DNA of 64,000 nt from Raja brachyura (Eukaryota), in NCBI GenBank assembly GCA_963514005.1, contig OY740790.1, positions 4,960,001 to 5,024,000 of the forward strand, given 5' to 3'. Numbering within the stretch: position 1 is the first letter of the stretch; the number at the start of each line of letters is the position of its first letter. A program made the position numbers and the translations under genes. This document shows, one piece after another, positions 51,823-63,820 of the stretch. A model generated the notes under the pieces. The model was not told where the DNA came from and did not search any database. It was given only the letters and a program-made list of their open reading frames with translations.

Positions 51823-52699
51823 GAAGGATATTGGTGTAGGAATGAAGCTTCCTATTGATCCCACAAGGAAACCTTGCTAAACAATGTGAATTAACACGTT
51901 GACTTTTACATTAATTGACAGTTTTGTGATCACTGCACCTGTTACCAGCTATTTACTGAATCAAATGTACAAAACTCCCTCTGAGATGCAAATCAAGCTA
52001 ATGTTTGAGGTAAAAATGTTCAGTTCAGTTTAGTTTATTGTCACGTGTACCGAGGTACAGTGAAAAACTTTCGTTGCGTGCTAACCAGTCAGTGGAAAGT
52101 TCTTCACTTTATATTATAAAATAGCAGCAGTATTGTTTTATTTAGTCGCGGTGAGTGGTCCGGAGTACGATGAAGAAAGGTCTCGACCCGAAACCTCACT
52201 TCCCCATGTCCTCCAGAGATGCTGCCTGACCTGCTGAGTTACTCCAGCACTTTGTGTCCCTTCATTTAGTCACAACTGTTTAAAAGCAGATTGTATCCAT
52301 GAGGTGTAATTAAACTCTCCTGCTGCTTTGTCACAATGTCGTGTGTTGCAGCCGGCCTGTTCCAGAGGCTGCTACACATTGCCCAGACTGACTGTTGCCA
52401 CGCTGGGGCAGGGAGAGAGCTGCTCTGCTGGACACTCTGTCACAGCTGAGGCACCCGCTGGCATTAAGTACAAAGGCAGAGGGAAAGACCGTTTTGAAGA
52501 AGAGTATCGTGGATCTCCACCGTTTGGCCTGTCGACTGGCTTGGATTGCCCTCAAGTTACTAAAGCAATGTCAAAGATACAATTATGTCTGTGGCCAGAC
52601 TCACTTACAAGCCCACAACAGGACTGCACCGTGTTACAGTGCTGCCCATGTGTGGCACAGTTTACAATGTGGAGAATGGAATGAATCCCAGGAGCCTAC

Positions 52700-53017
52700 C
52701 TTGGATGTTCTTCGCATCCTTCGTGATGATGGTGTTGGAGGCACGATGATGCACTGTACAATTGAAGCGTGAGCCAGACTTCCAATCCTCGGTACTCATG
52801 GTCAGGAAGTGGCTGGCACTGAAAGTGCCCCCCTGCTCCAGAGCAGTTGGTGCAGCGCTGGTGTTGTTGAAGATCAGGGCACCGTCTCTACTCCAAGTGA
52901 CGTTGATGAGGTCTGGGTAGAATCCAGAGACCACACACTCCAGGGTGACCTTGTGGCTACGCTTGGTCTCTTCGTGTGCTGGAAGCAGCAGTCTGACTTC
53001 AGGTTTTTTTGGCTCAA
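52700..53017 (-). CDS. IgW CH4 exon
   Basis: 318 nt; VEPKKPEVRLLLP..LECVVSGFYP..W..FNCTVHH; ccag/gtaggc. Confidence 0.93.
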
Positions 53018-53560
53018 CTGGAACAGAGGAAAATAAATGTTAAACTCTCTCAAAGAGTCATAGAGTGATACAGTGTGGAAACTGGCCCTTCAGCCCAACT
53101 TGTCCACCCCGGCCAACATGTCCCAGCTACATTAGTCTCACCTGCCGTGTCTGGTCCACATCCCTCCAAACCTGTCCCTCTCTGTTTTTTTAATGTTAAG
53201 ATCGTCCCTGCCTCAACTACCTCCTCTGGCAACTTGTTTCATACATCCACCACCCTTTGCGTGAAAAAGTTACCCCTCAGATTCCTATTAAATCTTTCTC
53301 CCTTCACCTTAAACCTATGTCCTCTGGTACTCAATTCACTTACTCTGGGCAAGAGACTCAGTTCATCTATCCAATCTATTTCTCTCATGATCTTATACAC
53401 CTCAATAAGATATTCCCTCATCCTCCTACATTCCAAGGAATAAAGTCCCAGCCACTCAACCTCTCCCTACAGCTCTCTAGCCCTGGCAACATTCTTGTAA
53501 ATCCTCTCTGTATCCTCTCTCTCTCTGTCACGGCCATTTAATCACTGATCTGTTGCCCAC

Positions 53561-53863
53561 CTTTTTTATAGTTGGTCCGCGCTGACATTGGTGAGGATGA
53601 TGAAGATCGTTGGGCGAAGCACACAAACTCCACCCCGCTGGTCCACTCCTCCACGCTGGTCCGCAGTTCACTGGTCACTGGGTTTCGGGTGCCTTCATGG
53701 CTCGGTCTACGTGTCACAACTCCTTTACTTCTCTCCTTCCCTCCCACCTTCCAGGTGAAATGTACCTGGCTCGGATCACTACAGAACACTGAACACACCA
53801 GCGTAGCGGTCTTGTTGATCCAAATCTCTTCCATGCCAGGATTTTGAATGAAGATGGACAATA
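53561..53863 (-). CDS. IgW CH3 exon
   Basis: 303 nt; SIFIQNPGMEEIWINKTATLVC..W..WTSGVEFVC; cacag/gtgggc. Confidence 0.93.
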
Positions 53864-53919
53864 CTGTGGATCAGAAATGGAAAAGTTCAGAATTTTAGTT
53901 GAGACTCATCTGTTACTAA

Positions 53920-54260
53920 AGGGCCTGTCACACTTAGGTGACTTTTTCGGCGACTGCCAGCACCCGTCATAGGTCGTTGCAGGTCGCCGAAAATATTAAA
54001 CATGTTGAAAATCCAGCGGTGACCAGAACAAGGTTCGACTCTTTGGGCGACTACTCACGACCATATAGGCTTCACTCCGCAATATGTTGTCAGGGTGTCA
54101 CCTGTATGGTCGTGAGTAGTCTCCTCAGTCACCCATAGAGTCGTAGCATCTTTCTGGTCACCGCTGAATTTTCAACATGTTGAACATTTTCAGCGACCTG
54201 CTGCGACTATGACAGGTGCTGGCAGTCGCCGTAAAAGATCGCGCAAGTGGCTCAGGCTCT
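53920..54260. mobile_element. Independent copy of the palindromic Harbinger-like MITE upstream of CH3
   Basis: AGGGCCTGTCACACTT...AAGTGGCTCAGGCTCT flanked by TAA/TTA. Confidence 0.8.
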
Positions 54261-56224
54261 TTATGGAAAGCCAGGGCAGAAATCCAAAAAGGTGTCTTAT
54301 AAAAGAACTTTAAGATGTTTATGTCATCACATAAAAGACTGGTCAATGCCAGATCAAACTATACACTGACTAGATTTATTGCAAACAGAATATTAGAAAA
54401 ACTCGTGTTCAATAGCAGGTTGGGTGTTTTGACTGAAAAAACAGAACAAAGGAGCCGTCAACTGGGATTTGACTCTCTTTCCCATCACCATGATCAGCTG
54501 GTACATTACAGGGGCACAATTCGATATGTGTTTTGCTTGGAACCCCTGCAGCATCGATTAGTAATACTGAGCAACATGAATGAGAAAAGCAACGTTTCTC
54601 CCTGTAGGCCAAGCCTGGGATTCCCTCAGGTTAAGAATGTCACATACTGATATCACAGCCTTACTCTGACCATGTGCCTCACTATCTCTGAAACCATCAC
54701 CACAAACACAACCTTCAGTAAAGGTGTAATTCTTCCAACTCTGGGCACTCATAAGCCTGCACTCCTTTCACCTTTGTACCACTTGCTGTGTCACGTTGCA
54801 GTGTTGTTCACAAGCACCTAAACTCACTGCCACAGACTAGTGTCAGTTTAGTGTGACTGTGCCCTAGTGAAGATGTTGAGGCATTTCAGTAATTGATAGA
54901 AACTATCTGAAATAAATTAGGGGCTGACTCTCCAGCGACAGCAGAGCAAATCATAAATGGTTAGAAGTATCAAGGTCCCCCTCCTGCTGCAGATTAGGAT
55001 GAAATTCTACATTAGATGTATTTTCCCGTTTCACTTCAGAATCATTGGGCGAGGAAGAGAATGATTTATTCATTCATTGCCCCTGGCTGACCTGCACTTG
55101 TCTTCTGAAGCAGCATCATGAGTCGAGTTGCACTCAGCTCACTCTCGTGTGTGCATTGTTTACACACTCAGTCACTTGGACCACATGAGCTGATTTTGGT
55201 CTCAAACACTTATTGTGGAGGGTGATTACGTTTGTGTCAGAATTGAAACTTTCAGCGAGCCTGGAGATCAAAGCCTTCAGCTGCGTAGAACGCAGAGGTC
55301 ATACACTGTGTCTGTCTGACAGGAGACATAACACTTGTCAATGTAAGATGTTGTCTATTTCACAACCCCTCCTTCTTTAAGCAAAATGGCGAGCAAATTA
55401 CTTTCAAAAATAGTTATGTGCGTGGTATTAGTGTCGATGACAGATGTTGCAGTGTCATCAGAAATATGTCAGCCTAGTCTAACAGTGTACAATGTTTCTG
55501 CTTTGTGAATCTTGTTTTAATCAGCAACGTGATATCGTTAAACATGTGTGTTTGCAAGATGCTCAATCCCGTCCCATATCAGTGACAGTCGTGTAGTTCC
55601 ACCATCGCGGTGTCAGGGGGGAAATCGCCTCATATGAAACCTGGCAGAGTGTGGATACTCTCCATGCTGTAACATACTGGTATCTTCCACAAGAGACATT
55701 TTGTCCTGCTCATCCTTGGATGATTATAACCAAACACATCCATTCCTTGCAACATTCCTTGCATTCCCTGAGTTTCTCCTTTGGGCTGAGGTGGCATTAT
55801 TAAATCTGTGGCAATTTGTGCTAACCATGGTTTTCACCCAAAGCCGGTATAGGACAGGAGACCGGTTAGAGCCCTGGGTCTTGCCTCACCAGGTTGTCTT
55901 TATTATAGGGTCACCCAATTTGTTACTGAGCCACTTTGACATTTTACACCGTTTACCTTAAACATCTCCTGCCTTGCGATCTCTGGGTGGTCATTGCTGA
56001 CTAGAGTCTGAGCAAGGATAAATCTGGCCAGTGGCACTTGGATGTGAAGCAGCAATGTCTGCAAATGAATGAATATACAGGCAACGAGTGGAGGGGAGAG
56101 GGAGGCAGCTTTTGGCTATTTTCCTCCACTCTGGTACACTTTGATCCCAATGGATACCAGGGATTGGATTTGAATCTTATAAATGGTTTGTAATAATAGA
56201 ATGACAAATTCCATACGCAGCCAA

Positions 56225-56352
56225 TTACTTTATTTCACACTTTCCTGCCCAACAATGATACTGCTGGGTAGAACCATCTGAGAATGTCACATTGAGATTA
56301 TTCTGGTAGAAGAACTTCGGCAGACACTTCGAACAGCCGGGACATTCTCCAT
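56225..56352 (-). CDS. IgW/IgX short-form Cys-rich secretory tail exon
   Basis: ttccag|(G)AT GGA GAA TGT gives DGECPGCSKCLPKFFYQNNLNVTFSDGSTQQYHCWAGKCEIK*, in phase with CH2; fits the known Cys-rich tail of 2-C-domain IgX. Confidence 0.9.
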
Positions 56353-56584
56353 CTGGAAATGGAAGATTCATTGATTTAAATGTTAAGAGATTTTCACCTC
56401 CTGTGTTGAGGAAACAGGAGATCCACATATTCCCAGTCTGTGTCCTCAGTATTTATCAGCATGAGATTATGCCGACCACGATAAACTGCTTCACTTTGTC
56501 CAGGATCAGATAACACTTTAAAGAGGGTAGAGATGAGTTCAAAAATTATCCAGGGAACCGACATTTCAATGAAAGGGCAATCTA

Positions 56585-57430
56585 CAGGTGACTTGGACAG
56601 GTTGGGTGAGTGGGCAGATGCATGGCAGATGCAGTTTAATGTGGATAAATGTGAGGTTTTCCACTTTGGTAGCAAAAATAGGAAGGCAGATTACTATCTA
56701 AATTGGGTGAAGTTAGGAAATGAGGAAGTACAATGGGATCTGGGGGTCCTTGTTCATCAGTCAATGAAAGTAAGCATGCAGGTACAGCAGGGAGTGAAGA
56801 AAGCAAATGGCATGTTTGCCTTTATAACAAGAGGAGTTGAGTATAGAGCAAATAGGTCCTTCTGCAGTTGTACAGGGCCCCAGTGGAGATCGCACCTGGA
56901 GTATTGTGTGCAGTTTTAGTCCCCTAATTCGAGGAAGGACATTCTTGCTATTGAGGGAGTGCAGCGTAGGTTCATCAGGTTAATTTCCGGAATGGCGGGA
57001 CTGACATATGCTGAGAGAATGGAGCGGCTGGGCTTGTATACCCTGGAGTTTAGAAGGATGAGAGGCGATTTCATTGAAACATATAAGAATATTAAGGGTT
57101 TGGACACGCGAGAGGCAAGAAACATGTTCCTGATGCTGGGGGAGTCCAGAACCAGGGGCCACCGTTTAAGAATAAGGGGCATGTCATTTAGAACAGAGGT
57201 GAGGAAACACCTTTTTCTAACAGTTGTGAGTCTGTGGAATTCTCTGCCTCAGAGGGTGGTGGAGGCCGGTTCTCTGGATACTTTCAAGAGAGAGTTGGAG
57301 CTCTTAAAGATAGCTGAGTCAGGGGATATAGGGAGAAGGCAGGAACGAGGTACTGATTGGGGATGATCAACCATGATCATATTGAATGGCGGTGTTGGCT
57401 TGAAGGCCTTCTTCTGCACCTATTGTCCAT
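56585..57430 (+). mobile_element. CR1 3' fragment
   Basis: WQMQFNVDKC, HLEYC, RRMRGD motifs. Confidence 0.88.
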
Positions 57431-57798
57431 ACAGAACATTCAGGACACAGTGGAAAAAGATAGATTTGGAGAAACTAACACAAAGAAGACAGTGAGAAGG
57501 GAAGAGAGATCTTCTCCAGATATCGAATGGGACCTGTGGTTTATTCACTGTCCCATTTTTCTTACCACTGCACACAAAGGCAACTAGAGGAGTGAGAGTA
57601 AACACACTGGTGAGCTTCCTCTCTACATGTCCTGTAGAATGAGTTAGAATTACTGATGGAAAGCATTGGCTTAAATTGCAAAAAGCCAAATCTGAACATA
57701 ATACATCGCTCCACAGGACTGATCTCAGGGACAGGAATTTGGTGGAAATGTCAGTAAGATTGTTTAATGGTGTAAATAAATTAACAGACATGACTCAC

Positions 57799-58101
57799 CC
57801 TCTTGATATCTCATGTTGATCCTGTCGCTGAAGCCGGAAGGCGCGTGGGTCACTTCACAAGTATATTCCTGTTTGTTGATCCATTCCTCCACACGCAACG
57901 GCAGGTAAGCAACTGTGTCAAATCCACCTTTAGTTCTCGGAGTGGACGGGAGAACGACGACGCCCGCTTGATTAACTCCAGCTTTTTTCCAGGAAACTGT
58001 AATATTGTCAGGAGAGAATCCGGATATCATGCAGCCCAGGACAGCAGTTGTTTGATTGTGGAGAACCTCCGGAGATGGAACAAGGGGGATGAGCTGTGGA
58101 G
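57799..58101 (-). CDS. IgW CH2 exon
   Basis: 303 nt; APQLIPLVPSPE..VLGCMISGFSPDNITVSW..YTCEVTH; ttacag/gtgagt. Confidence 0.95.
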
Positions 58102-58459
58102 CTGTAACATATTTAATATCTGTTATTACATGATTCCTTCAGCCACAGTGTAGGATTCCACTCTCCCAGCACCTGGGACAAGTGCCCCAGTACCAGCCCT
58201 CCCCACAATGCTGGTGATATGCCAGTGATGTGTTTATACGGTGGGTCCCACAGTGAGGGGCTGGTCAGAGCTGTGATTGGGAGGCTGGGTTAGACCACAG
58301 GCCTCCCCAGCAGTGTGGGCCACTCTGCAGTGGTAAGAGTGGAGGTGGGTAAGTGGCGTACAGACCATCCGTGATCTCAGTGTGAGCTGGAGCAGACACA
58401 GGAACAGATGACACAACTGTTTCTACTGGCAGGAGGTTTGGGAATCACAACTTTAAGTT

Positions 58460-58722
58460 GGCTTCACCTCTACTGTTGTAACTCGTTTTCATCTAGCTCA
58501 CAGCTCACAATGGCCTGTCTCCTTTATCACCATTACTTTTTTTCATATCTTTCAACTCTATATAACTGTCTATATCTCTCTTTTCCCTTTCCCGACTCAG
58601 TCTGAAGAAGGGTCTCATCCCAAAACGTCACCAACTCCTTTTCTCCAGCGATGCTGTCTGACCCGCTGATTTACTCCAGCAGTCTATCTTCGCTTTAAAC
58701 CAACATCTGCAGTTCCTATCGA
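58460..58722. mobile_element. Penelope-like short element with a 14-bp target duplication
   Basis: CTGAAGAAGGGTCTC...TTACTCCAGC repeat family (many copies in the window) flanked by CACAACTTTAAGTT at 58446 and 58723. Confidence 0.65.
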
Positions 58723-59275
58723 CACAACTTTAAGTTTAATGGGAAAGGAGGTCAAATGGTTGAGAAACTTAGTTTGTTATGACAGCAATTATTTGATCAG
58801 AACTGGAAGGCAGTGGTTAAAAGTGAGAATGGAAGCAGATTCATGTAATTTCCACAAGGAGATTGGATTTCACTTGGTGAGGGGTCGGCTGCAGGGTTGA
58901 GGTGAAAGTGCAGAAAGAGTGAGGAAGGTTTATATCTCCACACTGTGCACAGGCACAATAGGTGTGGCTCTGTGCACAGCAGCTGATCTGCAGGGAGGTG
59001 TTTGGAGTGGTAGAGAGCTGCAGGGATTAAACAAAGCAGTGGATAGAATGGAGGCAGATCAAGACGAGATGCTTCCTCCCTGAACCCCACCCCCCACCAT
59101 TATCTCCTTCCACATAAACTCTCACTGTTTTTTTCCTTGAGCAGCAGCACTCTGGCTCATAGGAGGAGAATGAATGAGCAAAATAAGTAATTCACTTCCT
59201 CCTACATTGTCCGACAAAGGCTTCCACTTCAGATCTATCATTAGCTTTAAATGGACAACAAAATCTCACACTAAC

Positions 59276-59584
59276 CTTGAGGCTTGTGGAACGTCGTTAA
59301 CACCATGTTGTCCGGCTTGTATCCTGCCTTGCAGTAGTAGACGTTATTCCTGTTCCAATCTGCCACAGGGACTCGCAGCAAGCTGCTCATTGTGTACTTG
59401 TTGTTTTGTCCCAACACTGGTGGGTACTTTGTGATTCCAGTGGTGATGTCCCCACTGCTGGTGGACCATGTCTGACTGATGATCTGAGGCTGGTAGTCCT
59501 TGACCAGACAGAGGATGCTGATCTCTTGGCCAGATTCTGTGTTGCAGGAAGAGGTGATGTGGACTGAAGGCAAGGCCTCAACCT
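59276..59584 (-). CDS. IgW CH1 exon
   Basis: 309 nt; PSVHITSSC..ILCLVKDYQP..W..KYTMSSLL..YYCKAG; N-proximal Cys suited to light-chain bonding; tttcag/gttagt. Confidence 0.95.
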
Positions 59585-60047
59585 CTGAAATGTAAATAAA
59601 GTAACAGTTGGTTCTGTAGTAAATCGATTATTACCAGCGCATGCAACAGGTTCATGCTGATTGCTGAGTAAATGCAGGTGATTCAGGCTGAGAGAAGGCC
59701 AGGCAAGGCAGAGAAATGGTTCCTTTCCCAATGCCTTTCACACCCTGCATGACCAAGCAGTGAAATGCTGATCTCACACTGGTGAAGCAACTTCTGCCAA
59801 CCAGAGGGACAAACCGGCCTGTGCTGTGGGTGATGAAGCACACGGTACAGTGCCAGATGGACCATATCCACAACCACCGGGCCAAATGGTGCTGGATCTG
59901 GCCTGTTGTGGATCTTCCTCAACGCTGGGCCCCGGGGAGTGTTGTACAACTAAGGGATCTTGGAGTACAAGTACACAGATCCCAGGAAGCATTGTCAGGT
60001 AAATAGGTTGGAAATAAAAGCTCTTCATGAGTCAGGGAATTGATATA

Positions 60048-62876
60048 CAGTAACCCCTCGTTTTAACGGACCCCTTTATAACAGATTTAGGATATAGCGG
60101 ACGGACCTGCCGATACCATCCTGCCATGCATGGCTCTTGACCGCTTAGAGCCCCGGCTTCCAACTCCACCCCTGAGAGCCCTTCTCCACCCACCACCATA
60201 TGGTCCGTGATGCTGCTGTTGTTGCGGTTCACGGCGCCCCCGAGATGAACGCTTTCTTCAAGCTGCCGTCCTCGACAGGACGTGCTTGGTCACCATGAGG
60301 CTTCCTCCCCTCCCACCTGCTGCTGCTCCAACCTGCCTGCTCTTCACTTTGTCCACTTCCTGCTTGACCACCATCTCCCCCTCGTCCTCCCCTCGCTGTG
60401 TCCACTCGGCCTCTTCCCCCTCCCCCCCGGCATCTCCTCCTCCCTGGAGTCACCAACATATTGCACCTAGGAAGCAGCAGCTGGTGAGAAGAGAGGGTGC
60501 CCCATGGTGACCGTGCACCCTGTCAGTGGCAGCAGCCTGAGGAAAGCACTGCCAGCCAGAGGCTACAATGTGAGCCACAACCAAAGCCCTGTCACCGGAC
60601 CGTGCGGTGGATGAAGAAGGACGCGCTGGTGCAGAGCACAGGCATTGACGCCTGGTTTTAAGGTGAAATGACACAAATTAGCCAGAATAAGCAACCTACC
60701 AGAGGACTGGGAGAAATTCAGAGTCCAGCAGAGGAGGACAAAGGGCATAATTAGGAAAGGGAAAATAGATTATGAAAGAAAACTGGCAGGGAACATAAAA
60801 ACTGACTGCAAAGGTTTTTATAGATATGTGAAGAGAAAAATAATAATTAAAACAAATGTAGGTCGCTTGCAGTCAGAATCAGGTGAATTGACCATGGGGA
60901 ACATGGACATGGCAGACCAGTTGAATAACAACTTTGGTTCTGTCTTCACTAAGGAAGACATAAATAATCTGCCGGAAATAGCAGGGGACCGGGGGTCAAA
61001 TAAGATGGAGGAACTGAGTGAAATCCAGGTTAGCCGGGAAGTGGTATTGGGTAAATTGAAAGGATTAAAGGCCGATAAATCCCCAGGGACAGATAGGCTG
61101 CATCCCAGAGTACTCAAGGAAGTAGCTACAGAAATAGTGGATGCATTAGTGATAAATTTTTCTAAACTGTTTAGATTCTGGAGTAGTTCCTGAGGATTGG
61201 AGGGTAGCTAAAAAATGGAGGGAGAGAGAAAACAGGGAATTACAGACCAGTTAGTCTAACATCGGTCGTGGGGAAAATGCTAGTCAGTTATTAAAGATGG
61301 GGTATCAGCACCTTTGGAAAGTGGTGAAATCGTTGGACAAAGTCAGCATGGATTTACGAAAGGTAAATCATGTCTGATGAATCTTATAGAATTTTTCGAG
61401 GATGTAACTAGTAGAGTAGATAAGGGAGAACCAGTGGATGTGTTATATCTGGACTTTCGGAAGACTTTCGACGAGGTCCCGCATAAGAGATTAGTATACA
61501 AACTTAAAGCACATGGTATTAGGGGCTCAGTATTGATGTGGATCGAGAACTGGCTGGCAGACAGGAAGCAAAGGGTAGGAGTAAATGGGTCCTTTTCAGA
61601 ATGACAGGCAGTGACTAGTGGTGTACTGCAAGGCCCAGTGCTGGGACCCCAGCTATTTACAATATATATTAACGATGGTGGACAAGGGAATTAAATGCAA
61701 CATCTGCAAGTTTGCGGATGACACGAAGCTGGGGGGCAGTGTTAGGTGTGAGGAGGATGCTAGGAGGCTGCAAGGTGACTTCGATAGGCTGGGTGAGTGG
61801 GCAAATGCATGGCAGATGCAGTATAATGTGGATAAATGTGAGGTTATCCACTTTGGTGGCAAAAACAGGAGGGTATACTATTATCTGAATGGTGGCCGAT
61901 TAGGAAAAGGGGAGATGCAATGAGACCTGGGTGTCATGGTACACCAGTCATTGAAAGTAGGCATGCAGGTGCAGCAGGCAGTGAAGAAAGCGAATGGTAT
62001 GTTAGCATTCATAGCAAAAGGATTTGAATATAGGAGCAGGGAGGTTCTACTGAAGTTGTACAGGGGTTTGGTGAGACCACACCTGGAGTATTGCGTACAG
62101 TTTTGGTCTCCAAATCTGAGGAAAGACATTCTTGCCATGGAGGGGGTACAGAGAAATTTCACCAGACTGATTCCTGGGATGTCAGGACTTTCATATGAGG
62201 AAAGACTGGATATACTCGGCTTGTACTCGGTAGAATTTAGAAGATTGAGGGGGGATCTTATAGAAACGTACAACATTCTTAGGGGGTTGAACAGGCTAGA
62301 TGCACGAAGATTGTTCCTGATGTTGGGGAAGTCCAGAACAAGGGGTCACAGTTTAAGGATAAGGGGGAAGTCTTTTAGGACCGAGATGAGAAAAACATTT
62401 TTCACACAGAGAGCGGTGAGTCTCTGGAATTCTCTGCCAGAAGGTAGTTGAGGCCAGTTCATTGGCTATATTTAAGAGGGAGCTAGATGTGGCCCTTGTG
62501 GCTAAAGGGATCAGGGGGTATGGAGAGAAGGCATGTACAGGATACTGAGTTGAATGATCAGCCATGATTATATTGAATGGCGGTGCACGCTCGAAGGGCC
62601 GAATGGCCTACTCCTGCACCTATTTTCTATGTTTCTAAGTGTTTGAGTAATCCAGCAGACTGAATCAGTCTGAAGAAGAGTTCCCACCTCACCTACCAAT
62701 ATTCTCCAGAGACGCTCCATGACCAGTTGAGTTACTCCAGCACTTTGTGTCTTTGTGTATTAACCAGCATCTGCATTCTTTGTTTCAACTACATACATGG
62801 GTAATACCTTACTCGTTTAAAGCAGACATTGGGCAATAACGGATACTATCCCCCCCACACCATGGTCCGTTAAAAC
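60048..62876. mobile_element. Probable Tc1/pogo(Tigger)-like non-autonomous DNA transposon, interrupted by a CR1
   Basis: TA-CAGTAACCCCTCGTTTTAACGGACC at the left end; partial inverted copy GGTCCGTTAAAAC at 62864-62876. Confidence 0.5.
60644..62638 (+). mobile_element. CR1 LINE, 5'-truncated
   Basis: KSPG.D.LHPRVLKE, QHGF, FADD, RPHLEYC, TTTCTATG tail. Confidence 0.93.
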
Positions 62877-63820
62877 TTGAGTTCAGAAGTTGGATGTTAA
62901 ACTAGAGAGTTACAAGAAATCGGTGAGGCTGAATTGGGAATACAATGTTGAGTTTTCATCAAGCTACTCTAGGAAAGATATCATTAGGCTAGAAGAGTGG
63001 TGAGAAGATTTACAAGAATGTTGCCAGGACTCGAGGGCCTGAGCTGGAGGGAAAAGTAGGGCAGGCTCAGACTTTACTCCTTTATACCTCTAGAAGGCAG
63101 AAGAGTGATCCTATAAAGGTGTATAAAACCATGAGGGGAATAGATAGGGTGAATGCAGTCTTTTACACAGGATAGTGGAATCACGATATAGGTGTAAGAT
63201 GAGAGGAACAAGATTTAACAGGAATGTGTGGGGAACATTCTCATACACAGGGTGGTGGGTATATGGAACAGGCTGCCAGAGGAAACAGTTGAGGCAGGTA
63301 CAATAACAGCATTTAAAAGACACATGGTCAGATACATGGATAGGAAAGGATTAGAGGACATGAGGTAAACATGGGTAAGTGGGACTAGCATACATGGGGC
63401 ATCAGGCTGCCTTGCACGAGCTGAGCTGAGGGGCCTGTTTTTGTGCTGTATGACTCTATGTCTCTGAGTTATTAATGGGCTGGGAAATGCTTTGAGATGT
63501 CCTGGGGTTGTGGAAACCTTCAACAAAATAAAAAACCATCAAATAAAAGTGGAAATAGTGTGGTTGTCATAAACTGTACTGAAAGAGTTTGATGAAACAG
63601 CACTGTAGTAAAAGGGTGATTCTGCTTCTCTCCCCACAGATGCTGCCCGAGCTGCCGAGTGTTTCGTGCAGGAGGCTCAATAATGTCAGGGGGCGAGATT
63701 TGTAGCTCACAGTGTTTTCCATCCTGGGATCAGCAGGTGGTGAGTGCAGTTTAGTTTGGATCAATGTTCCTAATGTGATCAGGAGGTGGGTCAGAGACTG
63801 GAAAACACATCATACTGGCA

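Noticed and set aside
51987-51994. Octamer ATGCAAAT as a B-cell enhancer
   Set aside because: Single motif, not conserved in the paralogous copy at ~47350 (AGGCAAAT)
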